Positions 54,741 through 64,000 of a DNA stretch of 64,000 nt are shown here, in pieces. Each line of letters starts with the position of its first letter. The stretch's first letter is position 1. Below the pieces are notes generated by a model that made no database searches, was not told where the DNA came from, and worked only from the letters and a program-made list of their open reading frames with translations. The translations under genes were made by a program, and so were the position numbers. This DNA is from Octopus vulgaris (taxonomy: Eukaryota). The stretch is from assembly GCA_951406725.2 (NCBI GenBank), contig OX597814.1, forward strand, positions 38,130,001-38,194,000, given 5' to 3'.

Positions 54741-56899
54741 TTTATATGTGTGAGTTTTCATGCGTGCGTGTGTGTGTGTATACGTGTGTGTGTTTGTATG
54801 GCCGGCCTGAGCATGGTGAACTGTTTTGGAAATCTACAGCGTTTAAATTTACAGCTGACTATGTCTAACTGAAATGGCTGGAAGCACGTAATCTCTCTAA
54901 AACTGGAAAAAGAGTGAGACATCGTGGTTAGTTTTGTGAACAAAAAGTATCCGAAACAAACCACTACTGGAAGATGTACCTCTTTTGCTGTTGAGGAGCC
55001 TCATTACATCTCCAATAACCTGAAGATATATATGTATTAGAAAATTCTACTTCAGCATGCCATTTACACCAGAGTTGTCTCCTAACAACTTAGTGAGGTA
55101 ACTATATAGGCACTCGGTATGTTTCCTAGCTGCACTTACAATAGCGTTGTTGTTAGGTTTCAGATCGCGCTCACTATACCGGTTTAAGCTAGATGCAATA
55201 TGTTGATGCATTGTTATGAATAATTATATATATGCCTTTGTGATCACACACGAATTTCGCTTATGTGTGTATGCGTTCGTTTTTGTGTATCGCATACACA
55301 CATATTCACACACGCAAGCACACACGCATGCACATACATACACCACTATGCGTGTGCATGTCTTTGTCATATTTTGATATATAAATGTATTTTATACCGT
55401 ATATCTGTGTTTGTACATGTGTTTATGCAGACAGACTGATAGACATATAAATAGATAATAGATAGAACGATCAACCGATAGATACATAGTTAGATAGATA
55501 GATAGACAGAGAGATAGCAAGGCTTACGCTTTTGTAATATATCTGTGGTAGACAATATATGATATCGTCATCTCATAAAATCATAGTGAATATTTCATCT
55601 TTCATCTGTACCGAAACAAATATATTTCTGGGTATAAAGATTACATAGAAATGATCTAAATGAAATCAGATTTGATATTCATTATATATGTTCTACTCAA
55701 ATTTGAAGGTGATAATATCAAATATCTGAGTTATATGTGGATTCTGATGTCAATATATGACGGTCAACTTTATTGCCTTTACTATCGTGTAATATATGAT
55801 ATGAGTAGAATGCTTGTAAGTTATTCACCTAATATTGAATTCGTGTACATCTGTAGTGTTCAAGTGGCATAGACATTTATACAACTAACTCTCAGCTTGA
55901 AACTTGACCAGTCCATAATTAACTGTACAACTTTGCAACATGACCAGACTTTGCAAAGCAGCTGATTAATTACAATAATCAATGAGAGTACCTGAACATA
56001 TGTGATTTATTCGATAACATCAGGAATATACTACTTTAAATGTCTATGTTGTTCATTTATAGAAACTAAATATAATATTAATTATTTAAAAAAAATATGC
56101 AAAATAATTACATGGTAACATTGAGTTTCTCGTTAGTTTTGGATTGACTTTCCTCTGCTAACGAAAGTATTTGAATCTTTCATGATAAATCGCATATTCA
56201 GAGAGGGAAGAAATACACCTGGGATTATTAGTCAAGATACATATTTCTATAGCTAATGAAAGATAGCATGCAGAAAGAATTATTTGTATCGTATCTTCCT
56301 ACCTCAAATTTCGCATAATTGATTACGTCTATGATAAATTCTGTTGCCCCACGTCTATCTTGATGTTCCCTACATACAAGATACGTTGTACAATGCATTT
56401 TAAATTGGCAGTGTTGTCAGATAGAGGTATAGTTTCTAATTGTTCGGCTTGTAAATATATTGACAGTTTGATTTGAATTCAGCGTGTATGAGGAAAATGT
56501 GCGTCAGTAAGGAATAAAGACATCATTCGACGAATGAAAAAGAGTTTATATTCTGTTCTCAAGGTTTTAAAACTTTAGATACAAAATAATAGCCATCACA
56601 TATTTGATATTTGAGACATGATAGCAGGAGGACAGAGCGACACCAGTATTACACTGGCAGCCGTTTTCAGTTGACTAACATGAAATATGTTGTCATCCTC
56701 AAAGTCATAACGAATCGCAGACATAGAAATCGAACTTCCGATGTTACGACTGCAAGTCCAAACCGATGTTCACATCGCAAGGCACATAACCGATATCGAA
56801 TGAGGAAGGAACATACATCAGTAGTTTTATGAGAATAAGTCAACTAATGACACCGGGTTTTAAAAAAGGGTAAAATACAATGCAAGGTTGCAGTTTATA

Positions 56900-56972
<73 letters not shown>

Positions 56973-58086
56973 ATATGTATGTATGAATGTATGTATGCAT
57001 GAATGTATGTATGTATGTGTGTGTATGTATCTTTATACCTGTCTATCTTTCTAGTTGTCTATCTATCTATAGATAGATAGATTGATTTATATAAACAGTG
57101 AGATATGTGAGTTTCATAGTAGCTGGTAAAAATCGATTGCATGTATAGTCGTATGTTTGAGGTGCTGTTTAGCCCACACGCCTCATTATACGGAATAGGG
57201 AAACCGATACATTATACTTATTGTACCAATTTGAGTGCTACAATCTGAAGAATAATAACACATCATAACTATATTTATTAAAATATTTCAATTTTCCTTT
57301 GACGTATTGTAATAAAATTCAATTTCCGACCTTAACATAATCCTTTTAGTTTGCAACGATAGAATAACATAATATTACATTTAATGTGGAATATATATAG
57401 TTTTAGTTTTATTGTTATTTTTATAGAAAGTTCTCTTAAAATGTCTAAACGTTCCATTAAGTTCTTTATCTTATTATTCTGCTTAACTCATCATTAACAC
57501 CACTACTCGCCATATTTTATGCCGTTAAATCGCTTGATTAATGCTTGTGTTAATATTATTATATAAATTAATCTTACGATTTCTTTTTCTTCCTTGAATT
57601 CCTTGTAGTTTCTTATTTTACTTAATAGTTTCGGAATTACTTTTTCTTCCAAAATTTAATGGATTATACAAAACATTGCATATGATTTGCACTGTTATAA
57701 AAACAGTCTCTATTTACATCATTTCATATAGGGGGGTTATATATTTGTTTATATATCATCAAACTACAACACTAATACATATATAGGTATATACAATCAT
57801 ACATGAGCTCATACATATACGCTGTATATATATATATATATATACCACTAACTTTATAACAGCTATTACTATTGAAACTTTCAGCTAAAGATAATACGAT
57901 TTTATGAGAATTTTATAAGATATGTTCATACAGAAACACATACACATATATTTAAATATACATATTCGTTCACTCATGAACTCATGAATACACACACACA
58001 CACACACACACACATATATGGATATATGTAATATATATACACTTATATATAGATAGATAGATAGACTGACAGAATCACACATACAA

Positions 58087-58130
<44 letters not shown>

Positions 58131-58132
<2 letters not shown>

Positions 58133-58180
58133 TTTTATTAAAGTGTCAGCTCAGAGCTGCGACAATGCTGATGCACCGCC
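58131..58180 (-). mobile_element. Isolated CR1-type LINE 3' tip
   Basis: TCAGCTCAGAGCTGCGACAATGCTGATGCACCGCC resembles 30755-30790. Confidence 0.6.
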
Positions 58181-58204
58181 GTTTATATGTATATATATAT
58201 ATAA

Positions 58205-58573
58205 TAAAATATTAGGAAATAAATCCAAACTTACAGGGAAAAATCAGATTTAGGATTGAATCCAATTTTATAGTAAAATATTATATTATATTAATTTAGA
58301 GATAAAACCACATTTAGGCAAATCATACAATGAAAAACTTAAGCCAAAACATTGATTAAACCTCGCTAAGTTAAATATTTAAATCACCTGAAGAATGACT
58401 GTAATTTGAAATTTTAAGAATTCGACAGCCATCAAACGATCGTAGTGTTATACAAATTATCTTTTTTTAATAATTTTGATATATATTTAAAATAATACAA
58501 ATTAATTAATCTTATGTATTGGCTTAAGTTTTTCATTGTATGATTTGCCTAATGGTGGTTTTATCTCTAATTT

Positions 58574-58578
<5 letters not shown>
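58205..58578. mobile_element. Penelope-like pLTR relic with an inverted partial copy and a hammerhead motif
   Basis: 58289-58359 is the inverse of about 58505-58576. A hammerhead lies at 58385-58447. Both flanks are (TA)n. Confidence 0.78.
58385..58447 (+). ncRNA. Minimal type-I hammerhead ribozyme motif with one core substitution
   Basis: CAC-CTGAAGA-ATGACTGT..ACAGCCAT-CAAAC-GATC-GTA-GTG. Stem I is CAC/GTG, stem II has 7 of 8 pairs, stem III is the palindrome ACGATCGT, and GAAA is changed to CAAA. Confidence 0.75.
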
Positions 58579-58644
<66 letters not shown>

Positions 58645-59492
58645 ATAAATGATATACGCACTAAAATGGGTATTCGATTAAAATCTCCACATGTGTATCA
58701 TATTAAATGCATATACAATGCCAAAATGCCAGTTAATATGGTCATTGTCTTAACATATCTCGTCTTATGAAACTGCTGTGTGAAATGTCCAGTATTTGAG
58801 ATATATGATGGAAAAAGAAACATTCGTACGGGTACCATGTGTAGATGCTCGGTTGTATGTGCGTTGTTTTCTGTCTCACTACGTCTCCATAGAAAAATGA
58901 ATATTCCATATTCACAACAGGCCGTTCTTCATATATTCTCCATCTGTATAAATCCCTTGAGAAATATCAAGAATTGCTATGAACAGAAAATATTTCGCAC
59001 AATTATATCAAGCAAGTACGCTCAATTCTTTAAAATGAATATGCGGTTATCATATAAGATGAAGCTGTTGCACTTAGCTTTCATATTCACTAGTAGTTTT
59101 AATTCATCTTTTAAGTTTTAATGAAACAAATATATATGTTTTCCTTGATAGAAGGTGTATGAAGTGAAAAAATAGCATTTCAAGATAATTTGAATATATA
59201 ACTCAGAAATAAGAAATATTGAAAGAGTAGAAGAACTAAACAGGTAGTAAGCAACCTTAAGTCACACCTTGACGTAGAATTAAGTAAAGACTAGCAAATA
59301 CTAAAACAAAATTTCGTATAGTCTCTTTTGACGAAATATATTAAATTGGAGAACTTTATTCAGATTTTGAATGCATTTGGCTTCATGCCACTTACAAAGG
59401 TATTAACATTTCATATATTGATGGAATTACACGTACCCAAAGTCGGTTAACAATGCATAACCGAAATGGTGAACCTTACAGACACATTAAAA

Positions 59493-59586
<94 letters not shown>

Positions 59587-61707
59587 GTTTACAATATCAT
59601 GATCGTAGAATAAAAGGAAATGTACAAAAACTTCTATAACATTGTAGTCTAGCTAAGTATTAGATTTTCGTACGTAGATTTTCTATCAGCATTACTCAGA
59701 CACAGAGTGTGAAACAATATTCTCATACATAAATTATAAAAATCTGTCAGTCTGGAGAGTAAAAATAAATGGATCAGACATTGATTTCGACTATATGTGC
59801 TCCATTTACTAGATCAACTTAACTACTTACACATTGCTAGAGTTGTAGAAAAGTTCGATAATTTCAATTGTTTTGAGTAGTGACAAATCTAGAGTTACAG
59901 GACTGTATTTTATGTCTCAGAGAGATGGAAAAAAAGACTTGCATTAAAATTGTGACGTATAGAAGGAGAAGGTAAGCCTATGACGGAAATGGTGTGAGCA
60001 AACGAAGATGGGGAGAGATGGAACCGGAGAAAGATATATTAGAGGTTTCACAAGTGATGCAGAAAAAAAAAAAGCGTGGGTTAAGGATGGAACAGGAAGG
60101 TAAAACTCGGTAGTAAACGGAGTGGAAAATAAATGACAATAAACTAAAAAAATTGAGTACGATACTTCAGTAAAGGGAACTCATATAAAGTACTACTTTA
60201 AGAGGAATCATACAGGAAGTGTGGACAATGGAGGGAAAGAGCAGGAGGGCTGTGTTTGCGTGTGATGCTTTATGAATGATGATAATAATAGTTAAAAATT
60301 CGAAACAGCAAGGCAAATCCATACACATCTCTACGGTTACAAGGGCATCCGAAGTTATATAGATGAGACTTTGTGAACTGGAGAGAACCTCACATATTTT
60401 ATCTACACCGTTAATAAATTCTGCTCCGTACAATAATTTATCTCTACCATATGTACCATCAGAGATATGTCTGGTTTTATCGAGACATTCCACTGATTGA
60501 CATCAGTTTATCTCCAACAGCTTCCACGCATCGACGTCACTAATTCTGAGCACCCATCTTCTTGTAATTACTGTTTCGACTAAAACTCCTCTAGAAACCT
60601 GTTTTGATACCATGTCAGGGAAAATAATTCAATTACACTTTCCACATCACAGACCACTGTGCGAATTACTGTCGAATAAATATAAACTGCTGTGCTCATA
60701 CTCTCATTCTATGCACATTACTGTCGAAATAATATAAACTCTAAATAGCAAAACCTCTCTCACGTATATGCTCTTACGAAAGGCTCCGAAGTTACCTTCT
60801 TCATTTATCAAACTACACCCCAGAAATAAATTCTGCTTAGAGTATTTTGACAAGCACAACAAACACATCATTGGTCACCTAATATGTCTCTTCTTCTGTT
60901 GGGATATTTTCTTAGGTTACCGCAAGAAACAGAGAGTGTTTTTCATCTCCATCAACAAATCGGGACGGATTCTCACTCATACGACTGCATAATCACCATC
61001 AGTGATATGTGTGTGCTTGTGTGTGTATACATATGTATGTATATGAATGTATATATAGATATATCTGTGGGTGGGTGGGGTTTTGTACGTATACATATAT
61101 GTATGTATATTACGTGAATAAGCAGTCCTACATGTTTTAACCTATATATCAAACTCTAACTATGACCCAATCTATATCTCAATCTCAGCATTTGTGCATG
61201 CATGTATGTATAAATATTTCAGTGCGCGCTTTCATGTCTGTTTACTCGTATGTGTACGAGCACGTGCTGTAAGGTTTTAATATTTCGTGATGTTAGAAAC
61301 TAGGTTTTACTGTTTGCACATTCAACATTTAAAACGAGCAATGACTCCTTAATGCCATTAGCTCTCAATGCCTTTTCCTAGTCAAAGATCTATCGTACGC
61401 ATTCATCTCAGCAATTTCATATGAACTACGAATAAATGGGCCCAGGTCCTTCTTCAGGATAAAATCTATACGCACTTGCATACCTATTCTTGTATACGTA
61501 TGCGAGTTTATATGCACGAGTTTATGAATGCATATATATATATATATACAGGCATATATACATTCATGTATATCATATATGTGTGTGTATATGTATATAT
61601 GTATATACATACGCATATGCACATGTGCATATATATCTATTTATCTATCTCTCTCCCTTTCTCTCTCTCTCCCTTTCTCTCTCTCTCCCTCTCTCTCTCC
61701 CTCTCGT

Positions 61708-61741
<34 letters not shown>

Positions 61742-61781
61742 AATATAAAAGTCCCGCAAAATTTAGTATTGTTGCTTACTT

Positions 61782-61874
<93 letters not shown>

Positions 61875-62332
61875 TTTCGGCCGACCGACGGCCAGACTGA
61901 TACATAAATAGATTGATACACACATACATATATACACACGTACATACATACATACATACTTACATGCATCGATGCATACATACATACATACAAACATACA
62001 TGCATACATAGTGAAATTTAAACCTAGATATAGTTAAACATATTCATATAAAGGCAACGTTGAAACAGAATTAGGTGGATTAACGTTTGATATTTTAATG
62101 CAGATCACACAGTAAAATATATCCACTTTTATCTCAAACAAGTTGAACGAGAACGATGACCTGTGACATGATATAAACATCTGACAGCTTTTAGCCAGTC
62201 AGGTTTGGCTGAGTAGAAATGACTGCATTCTTTATCGATTTTCTTTTATATATTTTTTTTACTGTTTAACATTTTCTTTATCGATTTACTTTTGCAGGGA
62301 AAGTCTCTTTCTGCCTATAGTTTCAAAATACA

Positions 62333-62866
<534 letters not shown>

Positions 62867-63458
62867 TTTTGTCGCTGCTATAGAGGTTTACTGTTGCTTA
62901 CAATAAGCGCATTTCCCTTTCGATACCATATTTTCTCTATAGATTTCCATGATCTATATCCTAAATGATATATACAGCATTCCTTCAGCAATTGACTTTC
63001 AGAGGCTATTTCTTCACACTTAGTAGAGCACCAAACTGCGTGAAATTTCTTTCTTCTTTTTTCCCTCTATTTTTTTTTTTTTGCTCTATTGCTAAATGTT
63101 ATTCGATATATTCATATCTGATATTAGACCAACCTGTTACAAACAGATTTACATTAAACATATAAAAATGAGTATATGAATTGCAGGAACACTGAAGACG
63201 ATCATATATTTATGTATTATTTATGTCTAGTATTCCAAAGTATCTGAAACGTAACAATACCAACTGCCTTGTATAACACCGGCATTCATTCATTCAATCA
63301 TTCATTCATTCTTCATTCATTCACTACTTTACATGTTTCTGTAATAACACACACACACACAAATATATATATATATATACATGTGTGTGCATGTGTTCAT
63401 ACACACATACATATTTCTAAATATATATTGTAATAGTTGGAGCAACAACAGTAACATG

Positions 63459-63665
<207 letters not shown>

Positions 63666-64000
63666 ACTAGTTAGCTATCACGAAATAATATATAAATAAT
63701 AGATATACTCAAAGAATATACCGAATTAATGGAATATTCGTACATATATTAATTTCATTGATTATGTCCGAAATAAATGACCCTGGCGTCTCGAAGGTAA
63801 TACACTCGTGTTTATTTCCATATGAAAATCAGTTGTTATGTTATTTATATTGGATATGTGATCACCTGGGTGGGAATGCACATAATCGGTGACTAAATTC
63901 GTAATGGCAATTTAGGGGGCGTTGTTACACCAATATATTTTGTTATATGTTTATCCTGCTGATATGGATTACAACAGATATGTGATTGTATCCCATACAC

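Noticed and set aside
60167-60493. ORF with ISDGTYG resembling a CDK glycine-rich loop
   Set aside because: No VAIK, HRD or DFG motifs and no clear splice context.
61870-61897. Minus-strand hairpin GGCCG TCGGT CGGCC followed by GAAA
   Set aside because: The CUGANGA box is absent, so this is at most half of a motif.
63195-63255. CTGAAGA..GAAACGTA hammerhead-like spacing
   Set aside because: No stem I complementarity.
63880-64000. Minus-strand KYIGVTT resembling a GIY-YIG motif
   Set aside because: A single short motif at the window edge, followed by a stop.

Overview
AT-rich eukaryotic DNA with very dense microsatellites ((TA)n, (CA)n, (GATA)n, (TAA)n, (TTC)n). The SINE and repeat content points to a coleoid cephalopod, probably Octopus; this is an inference. 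Almost all ORFs in the supplied track are microsatellite artefacts. The window reads as intronic or intergenic and is built from retroelement and transposon relics: about 20 tRNA-derived SINEs of several modular families; a young 5'-truncated CR1-type LINE whose 3' UTR matches the SINE tails; three R4/Dong relics and one RTE relic; DD37D (maT) and Tc1 transposase relics; MITEs; a non-autonomous Helitron with both termini; and many Penelope-like (PLE) relics, some folded back on themselves and several with recognisable minimal hammerhead ribozyme motifs. One GC-richer segment (52255-52429, minus strand) may be an exon of an Ig/FN3-type protein. I found no complete new gene system. The best candidate for something undescribed is a covarying RNA structure with both hammerhead boxes in permuted order, present in three copies of one dispersed element (about 19.5, 40.8 and 54.1 kb). 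All alignments and folds were done by eye and need computational confirmation.
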